Source: Sphagnum compactum
Taxonomy: Eukaryota
DNA: 64,000 nucleotides
Reading direction: 5' to 3'
Assembly (NCBI GenBank): GCA_965153455.1
Contig: OZ234493.1
Span: forward strand, 7,430,213-7,494,212
This document shows positions 1-12,077 of this stretch, piece after piece. Within the stretch, counting starts at the first letter, position 1, and each line of letters starts with the position of its first letter. Made by a program: the position numbers and the translations under genes. The notes beneath the pieces are model-generated. The model saw only the letters and a program-made list of their open reading frames with translations. It had not been told where the DNA came from and made no database searches.

Positions 1-181
1 GATGGCTACAGATGTGGGTCATTGCAAACAGCAATGACCCACCCACAAACCCACCCACCCATCCACAACAACAGAAAGCTGAAACCTCCTCCTCACAACA
101 CGTTGTGTCTAGAGCTTAACCCAAGATTAAACCTTTGTTCCATGGAGAATTTTGATCTTGTGTTGGGGAAGTTTTGGAGTT

Positions 182-3100
182 TCAATCATTGCTTTCTTCC
201 ATTGCTCCTCCTTTGTGAGTGGACTTATGGGGCTGGAGATGTAACCGTGTCACCAAAGGTTTAGGTGCCCTTGAGGTCCGATCAAACCCACGCACACAGA
301 CATATCCTGCACACATCCCCGCATCCATCAACACACAGTCAACATTCCTGTATAGTTACTGCAGCTATGATCCTCCACATACCATGGAACAAACAGCAAT
401 AGAAGGGCAAGAAAAAGCACATAACAAATAGAAGACTGAAATGGCTCCCTGATAGTATGTGATTTTCAGATGGTCTCCATGGTTCTGGACATCAATTAAA
501 AATGTTACTACATGTAAATTACACAGAAGTAAACATAATGTCCACCACCCACATACAGGGCTCAGATGGAGGCAAATTAATTACAACCCACAATTTCCCT
601 AAATAACAAAGACAAACCATCAATGGGTTTTTTTTCTTACATCTTCTTCATAAGTACTAAGACTTCATCAATACTTATGATAGAAGTCAACCTGACAAGG
701 ATTGAGAGAATGTGCCAAAAAGAAGGTTATTGGTTATTTCAGATTTGACAACAGAACAGCAACCAATCAGCAAACATGAAAATGAAGGAAACCCAAACCC
801 TAAACAAAAGAGGAAACAAGACAAAAAAACAAAAATTGAGGAGTTGTTTCAATGACAGCAAAAGGCATACACATGTTCAAGGACCTTCTGCAGCAGCAAC
901 ATGTATAGTATTGACTATTGACCACATACCATAACATCCCCAATGACTTCGTCATTGGTTCAGGGCAAGGGGTGTATATTATTATCAAACATTAAACCAA
1001 CCCACTGAGTTCCTGTCACAAGAGTGGCAGTACTGGGAAAATTCAGCCATGAATTCATTACACTTATAACCATAAGGACCTTCCTGCTCCTAATGGTTAA
1101 GTCCAAGATCCCTCCTACTCCTACCAAATTGTGATCTCCATATGCTTAGGCTGATGATAAGGTTTGCCTCATGCTTTATGTTGGGTAGGGCCCATGGGTG
1201 TGGGGAACATTCTGGAGCCCCTCATTTTTCGAATGTCTCTGCCCTGGGGCTTTACCCTACACTTATGGCTTATGTTAATGTCAACGTCATACATTCCTAG
1301 CTTATAAAAAGGCTACTGCCCTGGAGGACCAAAATTAAATTTGTACTTCAAGTTACACCCAAAAATTTATGATGTTTTTGTCAAGTCTACTGGACATGGA
1401 TTAAAGTCTGTGGGTCTCTAGTTCCAGAAGTTAACAGCTGAACCCTAAACCCTAAACATGCGCTGGAAGAACTGATAACCGTACCATTCTACAGAAGACA
1501 AGGTTGGGAAACCCAAGTCCTTGAAACTGTTGGTGTTGTGATTGGACTTCCTCAGTTTCAGGTTCTAAATTTATACCACTGTTTACATTGAACCAATGGT
1601 TTTGGCAAAGAGGCAACAGGAATTGGAGAGGTGGGATCAACCCATCCTTCATTTCTCATGAGAGCACACACTTCAAATTCCGCAGCAATGAAACTACATA
1701 TTGAGACAGAGAAACACAAAATTAGGCGTGCAAGAAGTGTAACATACCTCGCCAAAAGCATGCTTGAATCTCCTGTGTTGTCATACCTGCACAACAATAG
1801 ATATCCACAAAACCCAAAAGCACAATTCATTCAATCTCGTTGGAACACATGACTGTGCACTCCCATATGGTTTACATACAGTGATATCTGGATTACAAAA
1901 ACACGTCCAAAGCAAAAGGAGAATATCCTCTCTGGATCTCAAGTTCTTATAAATGAACATTTTTCACTTTTATAATTTGTACAGAAACTCAAAGAAGGGG
2001 GACAGTCAGTTGTAGATAGCAAAAAGGAAATTCCCCATTGCAGCTGATTCTGGTGGTAAACAGACCTCGGAAAATGCTTGTCACAGATGTACCAAAGAAG
2101 ACAAAGCGGCGCCGCAAGTTCCATAGCAATGTCCGTGGCACTACAATAGGCTGCAAACTGCTTGCATGGTCTGCAAATACCTGCCAGAAACCAGACGTTT
2201 CACAATACTAAGGTATTCTGATGGTGGGTTTAAACATTTGGGGTGGTTTTCTGAACCCTTTCCAGCCTTCTCCAGTCCCCATTACCTGTTAATTTGAGAT
2301 CCGCATCCATCAACCATAAGAAGTCAAGAAATTAAGTAGCTTTTATAAGTACTGAGAATTTCTCCGATACACTTATGATTTTGAGTCAACGTGAATAGGA
2401 TTCGAGACATCACCCGATTAGTTAGAAGGACAATAGACTTATCTGCAAGGTCCCCCTGTCTTTGGGCCCTAGTTTGACCCTCTAGACCCTGTTTCATCCC
2501 TGATTGGAGTGTATCTGTAGAATGAGTGGAATTGGGTACTGTTTCATGAAACCGGGTATCAGTTCAGAAGATTTGCAGGATCATATTTTTTCAAGGCTTG
2601 ATTTAAAGAAGAATACAAGCAGCGGTCAAGGTGGATAAGGTTAAAAAAAAAAAGAAAAAACTGGGGGTGAAACTCCCCTGAAGACCAATTTAGGTTAGAA
2701 AACTAATTTGGTCCCCTGTTTTTTTCCCCTGTGTACTATTTTCATCCTGACTTCTCATTTGGTCCCCTGTTTTGGCGAAACTGGGGCCCAGTATCCCCAG
2801 TTTGGGGTACTTTTAAGGACAACTGAAAATGTAGAAAGAAAAATGAGCTGAACTTCACTAGAAAACACAAAGCTACCCCTCTTGGAGATCTGTAAGGAGA
2901 AAAACCTGCAGGAGTTAAGAGAGATTGGTACCTCATTCACTTGGAAGTAAGTTCCATTCAAAGGGAAACTGCCTTGCATTGCAGTTCTACACGGCACCTG
3001 ATTTCGACAAAAAAAAGATACACAGCTGACTTTCTATATGTACTTCACTCATGAGTCACTAACTCATAATGATCTGCTCAAAAGAAAGCTTTCAATTTTT

Positions 3101-6100
3101 GGTCTCAAATGTACATGCCAGAGTCTGCCAGTATTGATGCCAGATTCTTCATCATATGGTAAAGGGAGATGTTAAATTCAATAGCATTTTTGTTTTTGCA
3201 AAACCCATTTTGTAAAAACTCCCAGAAATAATAGATTAACAAAAATGATATTTGTTCTTTTGTAATGGCTCGGGATTCGACAAACCCAGCAATGGGATAA
3301 CATCACTACTTGGCTTCTGCAAAAGAAATCCTGACTCACCAGGAGTGTGCCTTTGATGGAATCAGCTTCATTGGCAAAGCTTGATGTTGCAAAAGGATTG
3401 TCTTCATGATTGCAGTCATCCAGGTTTGGAATGGAACTAGGAACCTCCCCTGTATAGTAATCCACCAGCTCGATCATGATTAGCAGTCTGGCCTGAAGGG
3501 TCACTCAAGTAAATGCTGACATGTATAGTTGAATTTGCATGTTCCAATTTTTGTGCAACCACAACACAGGTGAAGATGAAGGTTTCCAACAAGAGAGAAA
3601 AGTGGGGTTGGGGTGGGGGGGATGGGATTCTAATGAAACCTGGGCTCCAAATTGCAAGAAGATAGCAACAAGGATCATCAGTTTCTCTTTCATCCATCTG
3701 TTGTCCAAAACCCAGAATGAAAGTGTCACAAAAGGGGAAAAAAGAAAAACAGAAAAAATTGAAAGAAATAAAAATCGCACATAGTGCAAAGCGAAGAGTG
3801 CAAAAAAATGTCATCTTTCAAGAGTGGGGAAAAGAAAAAGAAAAGACAAGAGGAAGAAAACTTACGCCTTCAAGAAGTGGGTGGTGATCAGGGAGTTCAT
3901 ACCTGCAAATCATGCACAACTTTTCTCAAAACAATTTGGACAAAATGAAATCCAAAACTGGGTTGGGTTGAAAGAGATGATTCATGCATAACTAGAAAAA
4001 CCCAAGAGAGCATCATAATTAATTGGAGTAGTAGGAAGATATGGGTTGTGATTCTTGTACACATAGTGGACAGTTCGTAGGCGGCCAATGTTTTTCAGCT
4101 TAGGTACAGGTATAGAGGCAGCTTCAGGGGGCAGGAGTACAAGCTCCTGAGATGGTGGTGGTGTTACATCGGGCACCAGAACTTTGGATGATGACGAAGA
4201 GGATGTTGGCAGATTCTGGAGACTTGTTTCGGATGCCCCAAGTTGCACATCAACAATTGTCATGATTGTTGACCTTGGTGATAGATCTTGCTTTGAGCTG
4301 TCCGTCCTTGTGAATGTCAAAGTAGATGCTGGTTCAGATGGTGATGAACTGTTCCCCAAGTCTTGTAATGTTGTGTTGTTGTTCAGGCCTGACCCTGTTG
4401 TTGCAGATGCTGTAGTGCTGAACAAAGAAGAAGGGCTGGGCAAACTATGACTGTAAGCAGTCATTTGGACAGTGTTGTTGCCTTGCTGCAGCAGTGAAGA
4501 AGCTCCTGCTGTGTTTGATTTGTCATCTATATACAACTCTAGTCTGTCATCCTCAAGCTCTACTGCAAGTGGGTAATCTTCAATATCGTAGTCCAACACA
4601 TCATCAGATTCAGGTGTCATTGGCTCCTCAATGATGGGTTCACAGCAACCTTGTGAGCCAGCTACATTACTGCTTTGAACTACTGATTGAAGGCCTTCTG
4701 TTGCAGCAGCAGCAGCAGCAGCAGCAGCTTCAGTGGCCATTGAGTTGGTTCCCTGTGGCAATGCTAATGTTGGAGAGGTGCTTGGTTTCTGAGGAGCAGG
4801 CAATGCCTGTTTAGCACTGTTCACATCATTGTGACCATCAGCACTGAAAAAGAAAAAAATTGGCTGACTTCCGGTATCTGTTGAAAATCTCATCACTACT
4901 CTGTAAAACCTAAGGAAAGCTCATGTGGAAATGCCTGGCACTTGGGAAGAAGGTAACCATCTGAAAACACCATAAACAATTGCCTCAAATATTACTGTAT
5001 AAATTTATCCTTTTGAGGAGCAGAAGTGCACCTGGAAAGAGCACTAGCAAAATGCTTGCACTCAGCCTTCATCGGGCATGCATTGCAATTGGGCTTGCTC
5101 TTGGTGCAAAAGACCTGCAAAGTTCAGTCCAGCCATATCTCAGGAGTTTTTTTCCTTTAAAAAATAAAATAAAAATCTTTCTTTATATTTTTTCAATTTT
5201 GTGATGTAGCCACACTGGTGATCACCCACAAGAGGAATTAGCCAAATTTGGCTACAAGCCAGAGAGGAAAGTAGAAACATTTAAAGAGTCCTCATATATT
5301 TTGGCGCCTGCTGGAACCTGTTGTCTAAATATGGTGACTTCAGAAAAAAAATTCCTCAACATCTGGCAACTTTGGCACATTTTTTTCCACCAAAAACCTT
5401 TGTATGAGTTGCACTGGATTTTTTTTTTAATGCCACGTGATAAAAATTAGCCAAAAAAAAAAACCACCGAACATCTGCCCAAAAACACAAACCCAAGAAG
5501 ACTTGCCAGTTATATAAAAGATAAAAGCAACAACAAAACTGCTTGAAGATGAATCTCTTCACAGATGATCCTTGTGAATAGGAAGAGGAGAGAGAGAGAG
5601 AGAGGAGACCTTTCCGAATGTGATCATCTGGTAGTGGAGTTCATACCTGCAAGATTTCCTCATCAGTCATGTACCTATGGAACCCAAACATTCAAGTGTC
5701 TGTAATCATTCAAGAAAAAATATTACAATTACAGGGGAAAAGAAAAAGAAAACATAATCTCTCATTAGAACATATGGATTTGATACTTTACAGAGTCTGT
5801 TGATCCAGTGTGCAAAGTCGGGGCCACAAATATTTTTGGATAGTCGCCTGTACTGGATACCTGAACAGGTAAAAAGTGAAAGAGGAATAACGTTGGAAAT
5901 TGGTACAAAGGATGTGTGCAATTTTTATCATGTCCTTAATGAAACAATCCAGTAATTGTTTGAAGTTTTGTGGTGCAAAACATTTCTTCAAAAAATTAAA
6001 AACAAAAACATTGACTTGGAAAACTGTACACCCACGTGTCAAAACTTGGACTTTTTGGTTCAAAAGTGTGCTCCTTTCCTAGAGCTGATGAGGGAGACAC

Positions 6101-9100
6101 AAAGAAGACTGAAAAATCCTAAACCCTAAACCCTAAACCCTAAGCCCTTCCGAAAAGCTTGGAGTCGATTTGGTTAGAAATGATCGTCACTTGTCCTAAC
6201 TACGGAAACAGAAATCAATTGAGAATAATGGGTTAGGGCCAAAATTACAATTCTAATAGGTGCAATTGAAGTTCCTCTGGCAATGGTTCGAGTGGCACCC
6301 AACCCAGTCGCACACATATACGCCCAACATTTGTATCCACCTGGAATACAATCTCAAAAAAAAGCACAGATTAGGCTCTTTTGATGGGTCTTCTCATGTG
6401 CTTCCAATCTGCAACATCCTATTATTGTCATGAGTTCATGAAAGCAAGAACTCAAAACTGGTTTCCAAGACAGTGTCTTTCAACTTACAGGAAATGCAAG
6501 CTGGTGGAGAGTGAGAAGGCGAATGCACTCCACACTTTTGAGGCCCAGTCCCCGAACACTCAGAAGAAACTCTCTGCACACAAAGAAAAATGCACCCACC
6601 CATATTAACTGTGAAGAAGCCGAAAAAAATTCTCAGTCTGCACAAAATTTTGTGTGCTCCCGACAGTTGACCATAATGATAGTATCTCTCTTCAGAAAAA
6701 ATACTAGCATTGAGGAAAGCTTGGGTGCCACAAGGAAATAAAATTTCAAGTGACAAAGAATGACAGGCATGCAAGCTAAATGCACCAAGCTTATGTGAAT
6801 GCAAAAACACCTTACTTTGCATCATCAGTGGGAAGGGAGTGCAGCCATTCCAGATCAATGCCACCATGCTCTTTTCGAATCCTTTCAAGAAATGCCTGCA
6901 AAGCATAGTAGTCCCTTGACAATCAAAGTCTCCACAGTAGTCGAATCATGCCAAAAAAACACAAACTACAAAAGAGGCCACAGAGATATTGTAACATCTG
7001 TAGTAAACAAGGGAAAAACTAACTATTCAAAGTGTCAAGAGTCACAACAACATCAAAAGGAGAGTTAGGAAATGCTGCAGATTCAACAATTCAAAAAGAA
7101 ATTTCATGTTCTGCTGACACATTTGGATCACTATTACAAGCATATTATCATCACCAGAAGATTCTGTCGTATAATGTGGTCAAGAAGAAATGACATAATC
7201 TGCCACCCTGGACCTTAACATAATGCAGATCTACATATATGGGTGAGATTTGAAAAGGCCATGACATGATCAAACACACTGGAAGCAAAGAAACAACCTT
7301 GATGCGACCAGCAAGAATCCAGTTGAGACCACGTTCCTTGATCATGCCTGCTACAACTTCAACATCAGCATGATGAACAGCCTCCCAATCGACACCATCC
7401 TCGTTCATGCACGTGCGTGCGGGCAGTGCTTCTGTCCTGCTGCCATCTTCATGAACTGTCTCGCACTTGACTGCAAACTGAGATCTCAGAGCTTCCCAGT
7501 CAAAAGTCTTTTTAGAAGACACTTGGCTTTCCTCCAACCTTGCCCTATCTGCACCCGTCAAACCATTTGGGTTGTATTTGCCTCTTGATACCTGGTCACC
7601 TCCATTCACAAGTTCTCTGTTTGCCTCACTCTGATCTACTATTGGTTGCAACGAGAGTAGATCCAGTTGTGCATTGATGCAGACTGCTGCTGATGAACTG
7701 GATTCAAGTGAATTCTCTGGTGTAATTGCAATCGGAGCAGCAGCAGCAGCAGTGCTTGTGTTGTGAAGAGTTGGAAGTCCTATTTCCTTTCCATTGACAA
7801 TTGATGATGAGCCAACAGAAAATGCTGGAATGGGTTGCTGAATGATGCTGCTGCTGCTGCTGCTGCTGTTGTCATCAGCCTGGTGTTTTGTGTTGTCCAG
7901 ATGGACTTGTGTACAGTTTGCAAACTTCAGTGAGCTTATGTGCATCTGCTCCCCGCAAGAAGATTTTTCTTCTGCTGCTTGAGATTCCAACGCAGGCAGA
8001 GGATTGCTCTCCTGATAGTCTTGGGAGTGGGCATTCAAAGCTTCACTCATCTCCTCCACCATCACCATAGGCTCATGCCAGTTAGGACCAGCCAATTGTT
8101 GTTGAACAGGCAATTGTTTCAGCTCCTCATGACTGTTCAAACTGTGATGGGGATGGAGACTTCCACAAAATTTATTGTCAACCACTCCATTATTATTAAC
8201 AAGTGTTTCTTGAGCTCCTCCATCTGCAAGCTGTTGCTCTCGAAGATTCAAAGACGGTGGTGCAATAGCAATGTCAGCAGTGTCACTCATCGTCTGCTGC
8301 ATCGACCTGGAGCATCCATTCTCCAAAGGCTCATCACCCATTTCCTCTGGGGCTTTAGTTTTCAAGGGCCCTCTGAAACTTCGGCCTGGAAATCGAGCTC
8401 GCATGGACATGAAAGCTGAGCTGCAACAGTGCCATGGAAAAAAAAGGAACAGTTCAATATCAGTTCAGTAAACCCTAAACCCTAAACCCATTTCGGTTGC
8501 CACTTGTGTTTTCTTTAAGATTTTCTACTACAGCTGTGTTCCGCTCTACATCACAATCAGAGGACGTGATTTTCAGGAGTGGGTTTTTAGGGTTTCTAAT
8601 TGAGCAATGGAATCTGAACATTGACAGTTCAACTCAGTCCAAGAAAGTCGTCATCACCTGGAGAGAACATCATTGACATTTTGTGTCAGAAATGCTCCTA
8701 CCACAGAATCCACGATGGAGCCTTTCCATCGTGAAAAACTCCGGTCACCTTGGACCAAGTGCATGCGGGAGATAAAGGTTTCTGCTTGAGCTTTCATTGC
8801 ACGCCGCTCTTGTTCCCACTTCAGCTCCTTGTCCGCATCCATCTCACTTTCCTGATTCCCACCCCTTCCCATCAACAGCTTCCAGACTCGCACTGTCTCT
8901 GTGTCAAGGACCACTTTGGGCCTTGGCTTCCTTCTGCGCAAAGGAAGGAAGGGACCATCATAAGGAACTAACCCTTGGGGCTCTTTTCCCTTATATGGAA
9001 CTATCTGGAGTCCAACTTGATCATGTTGTTGTTGTTGTTGTTTTTGTTTGTGTCTCTGTTTCACTGCTTGTGTTTCTACAAGGTGGCCCGGCAGTGGCAG

Positions 9101-12077
9101 CCCCAAGGTCATTTCATCCAGTACCATCAGCTGCTGTCCTTGTGAAGAAGAATTGGAGATTTGTTGCTGTTGAACAACAACATTTGACTCTGTTTTATGA
9201 AGCTTGCACTCCTCCTCCACAAGCTGCTGATCTTGCACATCTTCAAATGCCCAGGGATGAGACTGAAAGAAACGGGACCACAGGACCATGAATCTGTCTT
9301 TCTCATGCTCGGGGAGATGCTGAAGGACATAGTGAAACACAAGCATGGGTGACAACGAAAGGCCAGGTAATGTCATCAAAGCTCTGACATGCCAAAGGAG
9401 TTGCTTATCATCCATCATCTGAAGCAAGACTGGCTGTGGTGGAACAAGAAGCTCTTGAGGAGGACAGAGACTCTCAACAAGCGAATCCATCCTTGGGAAG
9501 CTGCTCCTCCTTTCCATCATCATACATGGCTGCCATTCAAATCTAGACATGGAACCTGGTACTAATGCACTACTGTGATTGACATCATGAACAGATTCTC
9601 TTGTGCAATTGTCCAGCTGCTTGTACACGGTTTCCTGGCTTTTTACGTCACTAACCAAACTCTCAAGTTGTCCACCATCATTATGGCTGATCACATTCAG
9701 CCTTGACAAAAGCTGCTGGTGTTGTTGTTCTCTCCAAGTAAATCTATTCTCTCCTGGAGAGGACATCCACTGTTGTGCTGCTGCTGATGAGAAGTGAGAT
9801 ACAGTAGTAATTGTAGTAATAGAGTTTTCATGTGATTGCTGCAACTGGGATGGTGGCAGCACATTTATTGGTGCTTCCACAAATCTACACCTTGAACTTG
9901 GACTGTCTGTTCGTGGCTGGAAAAATAAATTGTTGGAATCATTTACAAAGTTTGTGGGTATACTATTAATCATCCTGTTGTTGTCATCCTCCTCTGCTGG
10001 GAGCTCCTGGAACTGATTTGCTGCACAATATTCACTATGGTATGATCTTCCCTCTGATGATGTGGGTTCAGAGTTGTTGTTGAACTGTCCCATGAGTGAC
10101 CTCCTCACAGGGCCCTGAGAATGTAAGGGTTTGTCAAATGTATACAACCCTGAGCTTGAGCTTTGACTCATAAAGGTATTCCCTCCTACTGGAGACCTGG
10201 TACCACACCCATTATTCTTGTTGTTGTTGTCGTCATCAGATTGCAACATTATTGTTCTATTTGTGTCATATGATTCTGTCGCTCTCACCCCTCTTCTCAT
10301 CTCATCAGATCTTGCAAATGGCTCCTGAGAGAGCCTGGAGGAGGAAGACAACATATTGAGCTTATTTGCATTAGTAGAGTGTTGCTCTAGAAAGGTGGAG
10401 ATGACAGCACCTCCTCCTCCTCCTCCAACCAAAGCAACTGGTCTGTCATGCGCATTGTTCATAGAGGATGTGACGGAAGTCAAAGACCCAACACTCAATT
10501 GATGCTCCATCAATGGTTCTGCTTCATCCGGTTCTGCTCTTCCTAACAATGAGCGCTTCACCGACGATTCGCTAACCATAATGACATTGGAGCTATTGTT
10601 ACAAGCATTGTACTCCATGATCCCCCCTAGATTTTCCTCAGATCCCCCCCACCCATCATGACTAGAGAACTTTGTATAGCTCCTCTTCAGACTTGCACTG
10701 TTAGCCACCACTGAAGAAGGTACAGCAGCTACTCCAGAAGGTACCACTCCAGCTACTGTTCCTCCCTCACAGGTAACATCTACAAGCCCTAAATTGGACT
10801 CAGTCAGTCAATCATGCATGCATGCAGTCTACATCATTTCAGACTCCTGGAGAATCATCATGTTCTGACCAGTACAAAAGTTTCATCCTGAAAGAAAGAT
10901 ACCAGAGAATCTAGATACTATGAAACATTGGTTTGTGGCACTCAATCACAAAGTAAAGCTCAAGCCACTTCCCCAAAAACATGAATCTCAATTTTTACAC
11001 AGAGAATTGTTTTGCAGAGTTCGTAGCCTTACCACTTCCATGTCCACCATTCAATGTTTTCTTTACTCTTCTTCCATTTGTCTTCTTTTCTTGGCTACCC
11101 ACTTTGCTCACTGTACGAGGTTTAGGACAGCGCTTATCCTTTGCAACTTTTGGGGTGTATTTCTTCCTGGCTTTGACAATTGATACTGCATCTTGCACAC
11201 CAGGGACTTGATTGAGGTCGAATATGCCCTCCTGCTGTGACCTTTCAAGGACACCAACATAACCCGGCATCCCAAAAGGCTTCTCAACTAAGCTTATTCC
11301 TCCCTCTCGATTTGCATGATTTTGGGTGATGCCAGAAACAGCAGACTCCACAGTGGCTTCTGGTAAAAAACTCGGGCTGATGCTGTCAGGAAAATAGATA
11401 TGAAGATTCATGCTCGATTGGGGAGTGGTATTGTAGTCTAAGGAAGGGAATGTGGATGGGACTCTATGAGTTGACATCTCGAAGCAGGATGAGGGTCTTT
11501 GTTGTTCCAGAATACGGTCTATTGTTGGTGTGGCAGAACTTGTCCCAAAGTTGCTTTCAGTGGCCATGCATTTCATCATGTTAGTGTCATGCACAACATG
11601 AACATCTTCGCCATGCGTTCCTCCTCCTGTTTGGTGCTGAAGAAGACCCATGGTCTGTGGAAGGGAAGGTCCATGCAAAGCATGCAAATGGGTTGATGCA
11701 AAACCTGGCCCTGTCAACAAGGTCTGGCTTGAGTTGGTTACCAAAGAAGCCTTATTGGAAAGATCCCAACTTGTCTCATGCAACTTGTCTTGCACTCCCA
11801 TAAAGCTATTGTCTTGCACTCCCATGAAGCTATTGTTTTGCACTCCCATGAAGCTTGATGACTGCCGAGCACTCCAAAAACTCCCACTGTCATGAGGAGG
11901 TGGCCCCCCAAGGCAGTTGTTTCCTTGAACAGTAGTTTTGCTCTTACCTTGAAACAGCTGAGGAGGAGGAGATGTGGTGTTGGTTGCAGATAATCCATTA
12001 AAGCTTGGGACGGCAAACAAACCGGTCACAACATCACCACATGCAGTTGAGTGCATATCTCTCATGAAAGGTTCCAT
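182..12077 (-). CDS. ROS1: DEMETER/ROS1-like (DML) 5-methylcytosine DNA glycosylase/lyase, 17 coding exons, about 2013 aa: complement(join(182..306,1748..1786,2066..2180,2932..2997,3340..3449,3640..3697,3866..3902,4061..4816,5032..5114,5610..5646,5792..5860,6249..6340,6489..6573,6816..6895,7298..8420,8658..10779,11033..12077))
   Basis: All introns are GT-AG and phase-compatible; the joined length is 6042 nt (2014 codons). Motifs: N-terminal FDLNQVP...RKKYTPKV; domain A RPKVVLDTETVRVWKLLM...FISRMHLVQGDRSFSRWKGSIVDSVVGAFLTQNVNDVLSSSAFMSMRARFP; glycosylase DGVDWEAV...IKERGLNWILAGRIKAFL...IDLEWL...GLGLKSVECIRLLTLHQLAFPVDTNVGRI; 4Fe-4S CTKSKPNCNACPMKAEC; C-terminal RLRTVHYVYELPDHHPLL, VPCRTAMQGSFPLNGTYFQVNEVFADH, GYVCVRGFDRTSRAPKPL. 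The symbol marks the family (DME/ROS1/DML), not orthology. The start codon and first intron are the least certain parts. Confidence 0.95.
2450..2582. repeat. Dispersed repeat family B in a DML intron; inverted homologue at about 31878-32013
   Basis: The reverse complement of 2450-2582 (gatcctgcaaatcttctgaactgatacccggtttcatgaaacagtacccaatt...gggatgaaac...tagagggtcaaactagggccc) matches gatcctgtcaatattctgaattgacgcccagtttcatgaaactatacccaatt...gggatgaaac...tagagggtcaatctagggccc at 31878. Confidence 0.8.
5147..5465 (+). repeat. Dispersed repeat family A, copy inside a DML intron
   Basis: Core ttttcaattttgtgatgtagccacactggtgatca...ttagccaaatttggctaca...gaaagtagaaa recurs at about 58185-58400, 16335-16610 and, inverted and partial, near 26320-26400. 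Confidence 0.8.
6118..6143 (+). repeat. Interstitial telomere-type (CCCTAAA)n / telo-box run in a DML intron
   Basis: cctaaaccctaaaccctaaaccctaa; similar runs at about 795, 1441, 8470, 28861, 29333, 38610 and 58915. Confidence 0.85.

Noticed and set aside
441-460. tggctccctg resembling miR160
   Set aside because: Only a 10-nt match, with no hairpin partner seen.
1558-1830. Minus-strand ORF as the terminal DML exon
   Set aside because: The conserved C-terminus (GYVCVRGFD...PKPL) is at 182-306, and the nearby acceptor would need an intron of only about 54 nt.
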